Source: a bacterium
Lineage (GTDB): Bacteria; Patescibacteriota; Minisyncoccia; Minisyncoccales; PWPS01
Assembly: GCA_018400895.1 (NCBI GenBank)
Contig: JAGYLR010000002.1
Coordinates: 1-40,732, forward strand
Reading direction: 5' to 3'
Length of the DNA stretch: 40,732 bases
Shown: positions 6,949-16,494 of the stretch, in pieces
Layout of the letters: each line of letters starts with the position of its first letter
Position numbering within the stretch: the stretch's first letter is position 1
The notes under the pieces: generated by a model
Databases searched by the model: none
What the model saw: the letters and a program-made list of their open reading frames with translations, nothing else
What the model was told of the DNA's origin: nothing
Made by a program: the position numbers and the translations under genes

Positions 6949-8224
6949 TTATATCGTTTCGTATTCTCTCATTTGAAGTTGAGTTTATCTGTCTCATAGT
7001 TTCTAATACAACACTAACTATTATAAGTAGAGATGTCCTCAATAAGAAAACTGAAAGTAGCTATTCCGTTTAAAATCAGCAATAATTGGAAGGAAGTACT
7101 GCAATAGTTGCTAAATAATGCTCCTAAAAAGAAGTACTCTGTTTAGTATGTAGTAAATAAAATTCAGCTGTTGATTTTCCAGGCCTTATACCAGGAACAA
7201 ACCCACCCATCTTCTGTAGGTTTCTGATACATTTTTAGGATCAAAAGTAACCGCCGTATAAAAGTATGTAAATAGACATACTAGAACAAAATACAACACT
7301 CCTTGTACCCAAGGGTTACCAAGAAATCCTGAAACTGCCTCAGCAATAATACCCTTCACTCCTTCAACTCCAACAAAAAAACTTGCAAACATGGTGAGTG
7401 TGAGAATTAGTACCAAATATTATTGGTATCACTCCTGCAGGATTAAGATTAAGGGAAGATATGTAGAAGATCCACCATAAACTTTTCTTCCTCTCCTCTT
7501 CTAGCATAAGATATTGGTATATTTCTTCTTGCTTCATTTATATAAAACCTTCACAAATTGTTATTGCTAAACCAAGTAAGAAGAACAAAATATACATGAA
7601 GTCAGAAGGATCAACTTTTATATCCCAGTGATCATCTGCAGTGCATGGCTGGAACAGAGGATATTATACCAGCAAATATCATCAAAGATACTCATTACCA
7701 CACCTTTCTCACTTATTAATTCTCTAACCACATAAGAAACACTGTTCCTGCTACCACTGTTGCTAATAGACACCAAATCATTTCAAAGCAGATAGTGGTA
7801 ATATAACCACTACTTCTTTGAAATAAAACAAGCATTTCGTAAGTTTGAAGTATTCCAAAAGGGAACTGTTAAAAGTCTTCCGTACTGATTTATCTTTTTT
7901 TCTCTCAGTTTTGCTCCCTTCCCTCTTTATACTACATTCTTTCTAGCTTTGGAAAAACCAATGTAAGAAGCTGTATCACAGAATTACAGTAATGTATGGT
8001 CCTAGTCCAAGCATCACTATAGAAAATTGATCAAGTGTTCCTCCTGTAAAAAGATTAGCAAATTGAAACATTTCAAATCTAGAGAAAAACTCTTCCATCA
8101 TCTGTGGGTCAACTCCAGGCATTGCTATATTTGCCATAATACGAAATACAGCAAAAACTCCAAGAACAAAAAGTATCTTGTTTCTTAACTCAGGTACTTG
8201 AAATATTTTAATTATTTTACCCAT
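6949..8224 (-). pseudogene. secY: preprotein translocase SecY, full length but disrupted by many +/-1 frameshifts
   Basis: Intact N-terminal 82 aa (MGKIIKIF..GLGPYIT). Canonical SecY peptides then scatter over all three frames: [131 protein letters not shown]-stop. Total span of 1276 nt is about the normal SecY length. Confidence 0.85.
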
Positions 8225-8648
8225 TCTTTTCTATAATTTTACCTCCTGCTTTTTCTATTTTTTCTTTAGCGCTTTTCGATATCATGCACCCACTTATATT
8301 AACTGCTTTTGATATTTCTCCATCTCCTAATATTTTAACAGAAGGACTTTTTTGTTTTATCACTTTTCTTTCAACTAAAAGTGCGTAAGAAACTTCTTCT
8401 CCATCTTTAAAATTATTTTCTATATCTTTAAGATTTATAGAAACCACCTTTCTAAAAGGATGAAAATCATACCCTCTTAGTTTAGGATAACGTTTTACAA
8501 GATCACGTACTGCTGGAGGCATTTTTCTTCCTGCTCTAGAACTCTGACCCTTAATCCCTTTTCCAGAGTATGTACCTCTCTTGCCTCCGCGCCCTATACG
8601 TTTCTTATTTTTTGACCTGTTCTTCGGTTGTATTTCGTGAATCTGCAT
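8217..8648 (-). CDS. rplO: 50S ribosomal protein L15
   Basis: Starts MQIHEIQPKNRSKNKKRIGRGGKRGTYSGKGIKGQ. I prefer the internal ATG at 8648 over the track start at 8696. Overlaps the rpsE 3' end by 44 nt. Confidence 0.9.
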   Translation of the reverse strand: MQIHEIQPKNRSKNKKRIGRGGKRGTYSGKGIKGQSSRAGRKMPPAVRDLVKRYPKLRGYDFHPFRKVVSINLKDIENNFKDGEEVSYALLVERKVIKQKSPSVKILGDGEISKAVNISGCMISKSAKEKIEKAGGKIIEKNG

Positions 8649-9102
8649 GTTTTTTAACTTTAAGTTCTTTAAGGGCAACAAGCGTTGCTTGTGCATTTGT
8701 TAACTTGTTTCTTGTTTTCCCTATTATTTTTCCTGATATATTCTTTATTCCAGCCATTTTACAAATAATTCTTACAGTTCCTCCTGCTACAAGACCACGA
8801 CCTTCTGATTGCGGTTTTAGTAATACAGTAGCTGCTCCGTATTTTGCTTTCACTTCATGAGGGATTGTTCCTTCAACAATAGGAACTTTAATAATATTTT
8901 TCTCTGCTCTTTTTATTGATTTTTCTATCGCTTGTTGAACATCCTGACCCTTAGCAACGCCAAGGCCAACTTTACCTTTACCGTTACCAACTATTACCAA
9001 GGTTCTAAACCTAAGACGTCTTCCTCCAGAAGTCATTCTCTCTACTCTTTTTATTCCGAGAACTTCGTTCTCAAATTCTTTTTTTATTTCTTTTTTAGGC
9101 AT
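8605..9102 (-). CDS. rpsE: 30S ribosomal protein S5
   Basis: Contains RRLRFRTLVIVGNGKGKVGLGVAKG. Operon position is between L18 and L15. Confidence 0.93.
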   Translation of the reverse strand: MPKKEIKKEFENEVLGIKRVERMTSGGRRLRFRTLVIVGNGKGKVGLGVAKGQDVQQAIEKSIKRAEKNIIKVPIVEGTIPHEVKAKYGAATVLLKPQSEGRGLVAGGTVRIICKMAGIKNISGKIIGKTRNKLTNAQATLVALKELKVKKHADSRNTTEEQVKK

Positions 9103-9103
9103 T

Positions 9104-9445
9104 TTAAATCTTTATTCCTCCTTTACGAATACCCTCAGCTAAAGCCTTTACTCTCCCATGATAAAGATATCCACCTCTATCAAAAACAGCATTTTTTATT
9201 TTTTTCTCTTTTATTTTCTTGGCAAGCAATTCTCCTACAGCAAAAGCAGTATTTGTTTTATTTTCTTTACTCACCTCTTTATCACTAGCAGAAACAAGTG
9301 TGGTACCTTTTGTATCATCAATTGCTTGAACATATATATGTTTAAGTGAACGAAACACACAAAGGCGAGGACGATCAGAACTTCCAAAAACTCTAGCCCT
9401 TATTTTTCTGTGTCTCTTTTGTCTGTTTTTCTTTTTATCAATCAT
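9104..9445 (-). CDS. rplR: 50S ribosomal protein L18
   Basis: Contains [21 protein letters not shown] and [18 protein letters not shown]. Confidence 0.93.
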   Translation of the reverse strand: MIDKKKNRQKRHRKIRARVFGSSDRPRLCVFRSLKHIYVQAIDDTKGTTLVSASDKEVSKENKTNTAFAVGELLAKKIKEKKIKNAVFDRGGYLYHGRVKALAEGIRKGGIKI

Positions 9446-9450
9446 ATTTA

Positions 9451-9990
9451 TTATTTCCCAACACCTTTCTTACCTTCTTTTAAAATTACAACTTCATCTT
9501 TGTATCGGATTCCTTTGCCTTTATAAGGCTCCGGTGGACGTATCTTTCTTATTTGTGCAGCAACACGTCCTACTAAATCCTTTTTAATACCAGAAACTTT
9601 TATAATATCTTTTTCTATGGCAAATTCTACACCTTCAGGAGCACTAAGTTCCACAGAATGAGAAAATCCAACTCTAAAAACAAGTTTGTTTTCTTGTAAC
9701 TCTGCCCTATAGCCAACACCTTTTATTTGAAGCTCAACTAAATATCCAGAGCTTACACCAAAAACCATGTTTGCTATAACAGCACGTGTTGTTCCCCATA
9801 AAGCTTTACTCTTTTTTGTTTTTCTTCTCTCAGAAACAACTATTTCACCATCATTAATTTTTACTTCTATCTCTGAAGAAATTTCCATACTCAACTCTCC
9901 CTTGGGACCTTTTACGGAAACAACGTCTTCATTTATATTAACATCAACTCCTGTTGGTATTTTTATTGGTTTTAATCCTGTTCGTGACAT
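9451..9990 (-). CDS. rplF: 50S ribosomal protein L6
   Basis: Contains [15 protein letters not shown] and PYKGKGIRY. The ATG at 9990 (M13 of the track ORF) avoids overlap with rpsH. Confidence 0.92.
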   Translation of the reverse strand: MSRTGLKPIKIPTGVDVNINEDVVSVKGPKGELSMEISSEIEVKINDGEIVVSERRKTKKSKALWGTTRAVIANMVFGVSSGYLVELQIKGVGYRAELQENKLVFRVGFSHSVELSAPEGVEFAIEKDIIKVSGIKKDLVGRVAAQIRKIRPPEPYKGKGIRYKDEVVILKEGKKGVGK

Positions 9991-9994
9991 ATTT

Positions 9995-10387
9995 TTACCA
10001 GATTTCACATATTTTTTCTCCTCCAATTGCGTTCTTTCTTGCTTCTTCTCCGGTCATAATCCCCTTTGATGTTGATAATATCAACACCCCTATTCCTCCT
10101 TTGATTTTAGAAATATCTTTTGCAGAAGAATATATTCTTTGACCTGGTGAAGATATTCTATGTATCTCAGTTATTATAGGAGCACCCTCTTCATACTTTA
10201 ACACAAGGTGTAAAAAACGAAGAGACTGTTTTTTCTTTTTAATAACTTTCTCTAATAATCCTTCTTTTTCCATCACTTTAGCAATTTCATACTTTAAGTT
10301 AGAAAAAGGAAGCTCAACTGCTGGCTTTGAAACAGCCTGTGCAGTTTTTATTCTATTTAGCATATCTGCTATTGGATCAGTATTCAT
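9995..10387 (-). CDS. rpsH: 30S ribosomal protein S8
   Basis: N-terminus DPIADMLNRIKTA and C-terminus GGEKICEIW. Confidence 0.93.
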   Translation of the reverse strand: MNTDPIADMLNRIKTAQAVSKPAVELPFSNLKYEIAKVMEKEGLLEKVIKKKKQSLRFLHLVLKYEEGAPIITEIHRISSPGQRIYSSAKDISKIKGGIGVLILSTSKGIMTGEEARKNAIGGEKICEIW

Positions 10388-10396
10388 GTATCTTTT

Positions 10397-10579
10397 TTAA
10401 CTAGATTTTCTAATTCCAGGAACTTCACCTTTATTGGCCATTTCTCTAAAACATATTCTACAAAGACCAAACTTTCTGATGAATCCTCTTGATCTTCCAC
10501 AACGAAAACATCTATTAACAGTTCTCGATGTAAATTTTGGTTTATTATTTGATTTTTCTATTTTTGCTTTCCTAGCCAT
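10397..10579 (-). CDS. rpsN: 30S ribosomal protein S14, type Z (zinc-binding)
   Basis: 60 aa with CxxC..CxxC in [24 protein letters not shown]. Confidence 0.92.
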   Translation of the reverse strand: MARKAKIEKSNNKPKFTSRTVNRCFRCGRSRGFIRKFGLCRICFREMANKGEVPGIRKSS

Positions 10580-11134
10580 TTATTTTTTTAGAGGTACTCC
10601 AAGTTGTCTAAACAACTCTTCTCCCTCTTTTTTATTTTTTGCTGTAGTGACTATTGTTATTTCCATCCCAAAAAATTCAGTAACCTTATCTGGCATTATT
10701 TCTGGAAAAACTAACTGTTCTTTTATTCCTATAGTCAGATTACCTTCTCTATCTATTGATGAAGGATTTATTCCTTGAAAATCTCTAACCCTAGGGAAAA
10801 CTACGTTTATTAATTTTTCAAGAAAACCATACATCCTTCTTCTTCTTAAAATCACTCTTAATCCTACTGGCATCCCTTTTCTAAGACTAAAACCAGATAC
10901 CGATATCTTTGCTTTTCTAATCTGCGGATATTGACCTGTTATTACAGAAAGATCTTCAGATATGCGTTTTATTATTTCATCACGTTTAGAAACATCTTTC
11001 AAGGTGCGCTTTCCTACCCCAACATTAACAACAATCTTATCTAAACGAGGACAAGACAACGCATTTTTTCTATCAAACTTTTTACAAAGTGATGGAATTA
11101 CTTCTTTTTTATATTTTTCTTGAAGAGTAATCAT
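10580..11134 (-). CDS. rplE: 50S ribosomal protein L5
   Basis: Contains RLDKIVVNVGVG and GMEITIVTTA. The ATG at 11134 forms an ATGA overlap with the rplX stop. Confidence 0.92.
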   Translation of the reverse strand: MITLQEKYKKEVIPSLCKKFDRKNALSCPRLDKIVVNVGVGKRTLKDVSKRDEIIKRISEDLSVITGQYPQIRKAKISVSGFSLRKGMPVGLRVILRRRRMYGFLEKLINVVFPRVRDFQGINPSSIDREGNLTIGIKEQLVFPEIMPDKVTEFFGMEITIVTTAKNKKEGEELFRQLGVPLKK

Positions 11135-11424
11135 ACCTTCTGATTGCATTTTTTACAAATTCTTCCCTCTTTACTGCTAGCAAGACGTGTAGCATTTTTA
11201 CACTTTGCATGAAAAAACTTAACATTTGAAACGTCTAATGGTGCAGGAAACTCAACAACTTGACCTTTCTTCCCTTGTTCTTTTGGCTTAACATGCTTTC
11301 TTAAAAGATTTACACCCTCTACAGAAACCTTGTTTTTTTCAGGAAAAGCATACAAAACCTTACCCTTTTTGCCACGGTCTTTGCCTGTTATTATAAGAAC
11401 TGTATCTCCTTTTTTTATTTTCAT
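11131..11424 (-). CDS. rplX: 50S ribosomal protein L24
   Basis: KOW motif in MKIKKGDTVLIITGKDRGKKGKV. The C-terminal tail contains CKNATRLASSKEGRICKKC. Confidence 0.92.
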   Translation of the reverse strand: MKIKKGDTVLIITGKDRGKKGKVLYAFPEKNKVSVEGVNLLRKHVKPKEQGKKGQVVEFPAPLDVSNVKFFHAKCKNATRLASSKEGRICKKCNQKV

Positions 11425-11480
11425 ACCTGCTATATTTTTACGTTTCCAATATTATTTGTTATTTCTATTATATTTTCAGA

Positions 11481-11852
11481 TTAGACAACTTCCTTTGCCA
11501 TTGTAATAATTTCTTTATATCCCTTTTCAGCTAACTCTCTAGGGATAGGACCAAATATTCTTCCACCTTTTGGCTTTGTTGTTTTACCATCCAAAATAAT
11601 TGCTGCATTTTCATCAAAACGAATATAAGAACCATCCTTTCTCTTGTAATTATATTTTTGGCGAACTATAACAGCACGAATTACATCATGTTTCTTAACT
11701 TCTTTTCTTGGCTCTGCTTTCTTTACTGCAGCCACAATTACATCACCTATTCTAGCATACCTTCTTTTACTGCCACCAAGCACCTTAAAACACTGGATTT
11801 CCTTAGCTCCAGCATTATCGGCTACTTTTAACATGGTTTGTGGTTGAATCAT
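11481..11852 (-). CDS. rplN: 50S ribosomal protein L14
   Basis: Starts [18 protein letters not shown]. The ATG at 11852 forms an ATGA overlap with the rpsQ stop. Confidence 0.93.
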   Translation of the reverse strand: MIQPQTMLKVADNAGAKEIQCFKVLGGSKRRYARIGDVIVAAVKKAEPRKEVKKHDVIRAVIVRQKYNYKRKDGSYIRFDENAAIILDGKTTKPKGGRIFGPIPRELAEKGYKEIITMAKEVV

Positions 11853-12079
11853 ACTTTCTTGATAACTCTCCACCTTTTATCTTTAGATAAAGGTTTTGTT
11901 TCTTCAATTAATACATTGTCTCCTTCTTTTATTTCTCCCTTTTCGTCATGTGCTTTATATCTTTTATGCACTTTATAACGTTTTTTATAACGAGGATGTT
12001 CTTTTAATCTTTCTACGCGCACAACAACAGTTTTTTCTTGTTTATCAGAGACAACTACTCCTTTTAATTTATTTCTCAT
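11849..12079 (-). CDS. rpsQ: 30S ribosomal protein S17
   Basis: Contains [29 protein letters not shown]. Confidence 0.92.
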   Translation of the reverse strand: MRNKLKGVVVSDKQEKTVVVRVERLKEHPRYKKRYKVHKRYKAHDEKGEIKEGDNVLIEETKPLSKDKRWRVIKKV

Positions 12080-12263
12080 ATCTTTTCTCGTTTAATATTG
12101 TTTTTATGCGTGCTACATCTCTACGCAAATTAATTGCTTCTTTTGTATTTTTAACTTTTGATATTGCAGAAGAAAATTTTATTTCTTTAATTCTTTTTTC
12201 CATTTTGTCTATATCTTTAAGACACTCATCTTCTGTTTTTTTTCTTATATCTTTTGCTTTCAT
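12069..12263 (-). CDS. rpmC: 50S ribosomal protein L29
   Basis: 64 aa and helical. Contains [13 protein letters not shown] and [12 protein letters not shown]. Position is between L16 and S17. Confidence 0.88.
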   Translation of the reverse strand: MKAKDIRKKTEDECLKDIDKMEKRIKEIKFSSAISKVKNTKEAINLRRDVARIKTILNEKRYEK

Positions 12264-12667
12264 ATCTTCTTTACAAATTTAGTTTTCATAGGAAGTTTGT
12301 CAGCAGCTCTAGAAAAAGCCTCTTTTGCCATCTCTTCACTTATTCCTTCTATTTCGAATATAACCCTTCCCTCTTTAACAGGAAAAGCATAATGATCAAC
12401 AATTCCCTTTCCTCCTCCCATAGGAACCTCTTGACCTTTTCTAGTTATTGGCTTATATGGAAAAACTCTAATCCAAAGCTTTCCTCCTTTTCTAAGATAA
12501 CGTATTATTGCTCTTCTTGCAGCTTCTATTTGTCTAGAGTTTAAAAAACCATTAGCCTCTGATTTTAACCCATAACTACCAAAATCAATTGAAGATCCTT
12601 TATAAGATATTCCTTTAATCTTACCTTTACGGTGTTTTCTGTGTTTTACTTTCTTTGGAACAAGCAT
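12260..12667 (-). CDS. rplP: 50S ribosomal protein L16
   Basis: Starts MLVPKKVKHRKHRKG and contains RQIEAARRAI. Confidence 0.93.
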   Translation of the reverse strand: MLVPKKVKHRKHRKGKIKGISYKGSSIDFGSYGLKSEANGFLNSRQIEAARRAIIRYLRKGGKLWIRVFPYKPITRKGQEVPMGGGKGIVDHYAFPVKEGRVIFEIEGISEEMAKEAFSRAADKLPMKTKFVKKI

Positions 12668-12669
12668 AA

Positions 12670-13311
12670 TTAGAATTTTTCTCCTTTATAAATAAACACT
12701 TTTACTCCTATTGCTCCATAAGAACAACGTGCTATCTCATGCGCATAATCAAGGTCGGCACGTAGTGTTTCTCTTTTTAACTGACCTTCTTGAAAATACT
12801 CTTTACGTGATATTTCAACACCATTTAATCTTCCAGAAACCTGTATACGAACTCCTTTAACTGCCTTATTCATTATCACTTTATGGAGAGTTTGTTTTAC
12901 AACTCTTCTGTATTGCATTCTTTTCTCTAATTGTCTTGCTATGTCTTTTGCCACAAGTGAAGCAGAAAGATAAGGCTCTTTAACTTCTTTTATTTCAAGT
13001 TTTAATTTCTTTTTTGAATCTTTAGAAGGCAATTCTTCTAAAAGCATTGATTTTAATTTTTTAACTCCCTCTCCTCCTCTTCCAATTATAAGACCAGGTC
13101 TTGATGTATGAATTATTACATTTGTTTCTGATGGTGATCTTTCTATTTCAATTCTATCCAATCCCATACTATTCAGATTTTTCTCTAATAAATTTCTTAT
13201 CTTGTGATCTTCTTGTAAAAATTCAGGAAAATCCTTCTCATAGAATCCTTTTGAATTCCAGTCTGATGTTGTCTTTATGCGATATATTTTCGGATGTACT
13301 TTGTGTGTCAT
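12670..13311 (-). CDS. rpsC: 30S ribosomal protein S3
   Basis: Starts MTHKVHPKIYRI, with KH-domain GLIIGRGGEGVKKLK. Confidence 0.93.
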   Translation of the reverse strand: MTHKVHPKIYRIKTTSDWNSKGFYEKDFPEFLQEDHKIRNLLEKNLNSMGLDRIEIERSPSETNVIIHTSRPGLIIGRGGEGVKKLKSMLLEELPSKDSKKKLKLEIKEVKEPYLSASLVAKDIARQLEKRMQYRRVVKQTLHKVIMNKAVKGVRIQVSGRLNGVEISRKEYFQEGQLKRETLRADLDYAHEIARCSYGAIGVKVFIYKGEKF

Positions 13312-13823
13312 ATCGATTTACGTCTAAATACTTTCTTTGTTTTTGCTTCACCTACTTTAGGTGTCTTCTTTTTTTCTTGCTGTTGATCTTTAAAATCAGC
13401 AGATTCTTTTTTAACTTCTTGTTTTGGTTTTTCTTCTTTGTAAACTTTTTCTATCTTTGCTCTCTTTCCCTTTTTTTCTATTTTTCTTCCTTGAATATCA
13501 TCTAAGGTCAAACTAATATGTGATGTCCTTTTTAATATTGAAGACACAGATCCTCTGGCACGAGGCATATATCTTTTTAATACTGGTCCTCCATCAACTT
13601 TTATTTCTGATATATATAAATCTTCTTTCTTTAGTCCAAAATTGTGTTCAGCATTTGCAGTTGCAGAGTTTAGGAGTTTTAATAAAGGCTTTGCTGGTCT
13701 TTTTACTGTAAAACCTAAAATCTTCTCTGCTTCTTTTAGCGAGCGTCCGCGAAGAAGATCGGTAACTAATCGAACCTTTCGTGGGGATATTCTTATGTAT
13801 CTAAGATTTGCTTTTACTGCCAT
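13308..13823 (-). CDS. rplV: 50S ribosomal protein L22 with Lys-rich C-terminal extension
   Basis: Contains AVKANLRYIRISPRKVRLVTDLLRG. About 60 extra K/E-rich residues follow at the C-terminus. Confidence 0.92.
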   Translation of the reverse strand: MAVKANLRYIRISPRKVRLVTDLLRGRSLKEAEKILGFTVKRPAKPLLKLLNSATANAEHNFGLKKEDLYISEIKVDGGPVLKRYMPRARGSVSSILKRTSHISLTLDDIQGRKIEKKGKRAKIEKVYKEEKPKQEVKKESADFKDQQQEKKKTPKVGEAKTKKVFRRKSI

Positions 13824-13826
13824 AAT

Positions 13827-14114
13827 TTATTTTTTTCCTTTTTCAGTTTCTCTTTGCATCTTTCCTCCATGTCTTATAAACTTTTTTGTTGGAGAAAATT
13901 CTCCTAAAAGATGCCCAACCATATCTTCTGTAATATATACTGAAATATGCTCTTTTCCGTTATAGACTCCAAAATTAAAACCAATCATATCTGGTGTTAT
14001 TACAGCTGCTCTACTCCAAGTCTTTACAACAGTTTTATCACCCTGTTTTAAATCTTTAATTTTTTTCAAGAGCCTTTCATTTACATTCGGCCCCTTTTTA
14101 AGACTTCTTGCCAT
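13827..14114 (-). CDS. rpsS: 30S ribosomal protein S19
   Basis: Starts MARSLKKGPNVNERLLKKI and contains GHLLGEFSPTKKF. Confidence 0.93.
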   Translation of the reverse strand: MARSLKKGPNVNERLLKKIKDLKQGDKTVVKTWSRAAVITPDMIGFNFGVYNGKEHISVYITEDMVGHLLGEFSPTKKFIRHGGKMQRETEKGKK

Positions 14115-14117
14115 ATT

Positions 14118-14879
14118 TTACTTTTTTTTAGAAGCTCTCTTTATAATATATCTATCTGTTTGTGTTCTTTTTCTAGTTTTTACTCCGCGAGCAATCTTTC
14201 CCCAAGGAGTCTTCGGAGAAGGCATTCCTATTCCTACTCTTCCTTCTCCTCCACCATGAGGATGATCAACAGGATTCATTGCTGAACCTCTTACAACTGG
14301 TCTTCTTCCCATTTTTCTTGATCTACCTGCTTTACCAATATTTTTATATCTGTGTTCTGAATTTGATATTTCTCCGATAGAAGCAAAACACTCGCTAACA
14401 ACTTTTCTCACTTCACGTGAAGGCATTCTAATGTGTGTATATTTGCCTTCATGGGCAAGTACAGATGCAGAAGATCCTGCACTACGAATCATTTTTCCTG
14501 GTCCATCTGGATGTAAAGAAACATTATAAACTGAAGTACCTACAGGAACATTTTTAATACGCATTCTATTCCCTGGTTTTATTTCTGCTTTATCATTAAT
14601 AATAACTTTATCTCCCACTTTCATTTCTTTGTGAGCAAGAACATATCTCTTTTCTCCATTTTTATAAAGCACAAGAGCAATATCAGCTGTTCTATTGGGA
14701 TCATATTCTATTGTTAAAACCTCTCCATCCACACCTAAAGGAGACTGTCCAAAACTAATTATTCGGTACATTCTTTTTACACCACCTCCTCTGTGCCTAA
14801 CACTTATTCTTCCTTTATTTGACCTCCCACCCGTTTTTTTTATTGGGGTAAAAAGTTTTTTAGGTGTGTTTGTGCTCAT
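14118..14879 (-). CDS. rplB: 50S ribosomal protein L2
   Basis: Contains GRISVRHRGGG and MNPVDHPHGGGEGR. I prefer the ATG at 14879 (M11 of the track ORF), 7 nt after the rplW stop. Confidence 0.93.
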   Translation of the reverse strand: MSTNTPKKLFTPIKKTGGRSNKGRISVRHRGGGVKRMYRIISFGQSPLGVDGEVLTIEYDPNRTADIALVLYKNGEKRYVLAHKEMKVGDKVIINDKAEIKPGNRMRIKNVPVGTSVYNVSLHPDGPGKMIRSAGSSASVLAHEGKYTHIRMPSREVRKVVSECFASIGEISNSEHRYKNIGKAGRSRKMGRRPVVRGSAMNPVDHPHGGGEGRVGIGMPSPKTPWGKIARGVKTRKRTQTDRYIIKRASKKK

Positions 14880-14886
14880 AATTGTA

Positions 14887-15168
14887 TCATTTTGACGAAG
14901 TAATATCAATCCTTTCTCCCTGTTTTACCTTGACAATAGCTTTTTTGTACCCACTACGAATTCCTTCTATTCTTCCAACTCTTCTTTTTTTTGATGGTAC
15001 GCTTATCACTCTTACACTAACAATATTAACTTTATACATCTTTTCTACTGCTTCTTTTATTTCTGCCTTGTTGGTATCTTTCCCAACTTTGAATACATAA
15101 AAACCATCTTCTGCTATTACAGTAGATTTTTCACTTATATGTGGTTTTGTCAGAATTATCTTTTTCAT
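14887..15168 (-). CDS. rplW: 50S ribosomal protein L23
   Basis: 93 aa with KPHISEKS near the N-terminus. Position is between L4 and L2. Confidence 0.9.
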   Translation of the reverse strand: MKKIILTKPHISEKSTVIAEDGFYVFKVGKDTNKAEIKEAVEKMYKVNIVSVRVISVPSKKRRVGRIEGIRSGYKKAIVKVKQGERIDITSSK

Positions 15169-15794
15169 TTTACAAAAGTATCTTTTATAATCTTTAAAGA
15201 TTCCTTTGGTATAACTATGTTTTTATAGGATAACAGAATTAAAGGATTTATATCCTTTGCTTGAATTGTATCAATATTTTCTATATTTCTTGTTGAAAGT
15301 ATTGCCTTTTTATCCATTTCTGGAAGAAGTATCAGTGTACTTCCTTGCAAAGAAACTTTTTTAATAAAGGTGTCTACTATTTTTGTCTTTATTGTATTTA
15401 TTTTAAAATCAGAGACAGGAAATACCATCTTACTATCTTTCTTCCCAGATAAAACCATTAATAAAGCTTTTCTTCTTGCCTTTTTGTTAATCTTTTTTTT
15501 GTAATTTCTCTCTTTTCTAGGACCAAAAGTAACACCACCGCCAACCCATATTGGTGAACGGTTTGAACCGTGTCTTGCTCTTCCTGTTCCTTTTTGACGC
15601 CAAGGTTTTTTTCCACCACCACTCACATCTCCCCTGTCTTTAGAATGAGCACTCCCTTGTCTCCTATTAGACATTTCTGTTTTAACTACCTGATATATCA
15701 AATCGGAATTAATTTTTACATCAAAAATCTCTTTAGGAAGAGTAATATCGCCTTCTTTTTCACCATTTATATTGTATAAATCTACCTTAGTCAT
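15165..15794 (-). CDS. rplD: 50S ribosomal protein L4
   Basis: Contains GGGKKPWRQKGTGRARHGS. ATGA-type overlap with rplC. Confidence 0.93.
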   Translation of the reverse strand: MTKVDLYNINGEKEGDITLPKEIFDVKINSDLIYQVVKTEMSNRRQGSAHSKDRGDVSGGGKKPWRQKGTGRARHGSNRSPIWVGGGVTFGPRKERNYKKKINKKARRKALLMVLSGKKDSKMVFPVSDFKINTIKTKIVDTFIKKVSLQGSTLILLPEMDKKAILSTRNIENIDTIQAKDINPLILLSYKNIVIPKESLKIIKDTFVK

Positions 15795-16375
15795 CCTTCT
15801 ATTATTAAAAGCCCTCCTTTTATTCCTGGAGTAGCTCCTTTTATCAAAATAATATTATTTTCTACATCAGTATCAATAATCTCAATATTTTTTACGGTTG
15901 TTTTATCAGAACCCATTCTACCAGCCATCTTTTTACCCTTAAATACTCTCTGAGGAAATGCAGACCCGATTGATCCTGCTTTACGATTATTATGTTTTGT
16001 TCCGTGAGAAGATGTAGCTGCTCCACTAAATCCCCATCTCTTCATTACTCCAGCAAATCCCTTTCCTTTAGAAACTCCTTGAACTTTCACTTTATCTCCT
16101 TTGGTAAAAAAATCTGCTTTTATTTCATCACCTATTTTTAATTCCGTACTACCTTTAAATTCTTTTACATAACGAAAAGCTTTTCCATTTTGTGATTTTC
16201 CTGCTCTTTTATTAACAATAAATCCAATCTGGACAGCTTCGTATCCATCATTATCTTTTGTTTTTATTTGAGTTACTGTACAAGGTCCTGCTTCAACTAA
16301 AGTCACCGGGATAGATTCTCCTTTCTCGTTAAAAACTCTACTATTACCTATTTTTTTTCCTAATATAAACTTCAT
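15791..16375 (-). CDS. rplC: 50S ribosomal protein L3
   Basis: Contains GKGFAGVMKRWGFSG and HGTKHNNRKAGSIG. Confidence 0.93.
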   Translation of the reverse strand: MKFILGKKIGNSRVFNEKGESIPVTLVEAGPCTVTQIKTKDNDGYEAVQIGFIVNKRAGKSQNGKAFRYVKEFKGSTELKIGDEIKADFFTKGDKVKVQGVSKGKGFAGVMKRWGFSGAATSSHGTKHNNRKAGSIGSAFPQRVFKGKKMAGRMGSDKTTVKNIEIIDTDVENNIILIKGATPGIKGGLLIIEG

Positions 16376-16494
16376 AATGGGCGAAATTAAACACCGAAGG
16401 TTCCCTCCGGTGTTTAAAATACGGAAAAACCTACTATTTAGATCGATATAACTTTAAGTTATTCTTCATCAACTTTTATCCTGTTTTTACAGGA

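Noticed and set aside
6506-7042. ORFs 6506..6706 and 6836..7042 as small proteins
   Set aside because: They are read-throughs of the repeat cluster (..PLSFPSPLSFPRKRESRK.. is the translated 18-mer array) and of the last secY segment. They are repeat translation artefacts, not genes.
6949-8224. Alternative genetic code (TGA recoding, as in SR1/Gracilibacteria) as the explanation for the broken secY
   Set aside because: The breaks are frame changes, not just in-frame TGA codons. All other genes are complete under the standard code, and several ATGA overlaps use TGA as a genuine stop.
6949-8224. Programmed ribosomal frameshifting in secY
   Set aside because: There are far too many shifts (a dozen or more), in both directions, with no slippery heptamers or stimulatory structures. 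A technical artefact or decay is the parsimonious reading.
8649-8696. N-terminal extensions given by the ORF track for rplO, rplF, rplE, rplN, rplB, rpsG, tpiA, the Rrf2 gene, the PAP2 gene and yvcK
   Set aside because: Family-typical N-termini begin at internal ATGs that remove or minimise overlap with the upstream gene, often as ATGA junctions. Several track starts are TTG codons.
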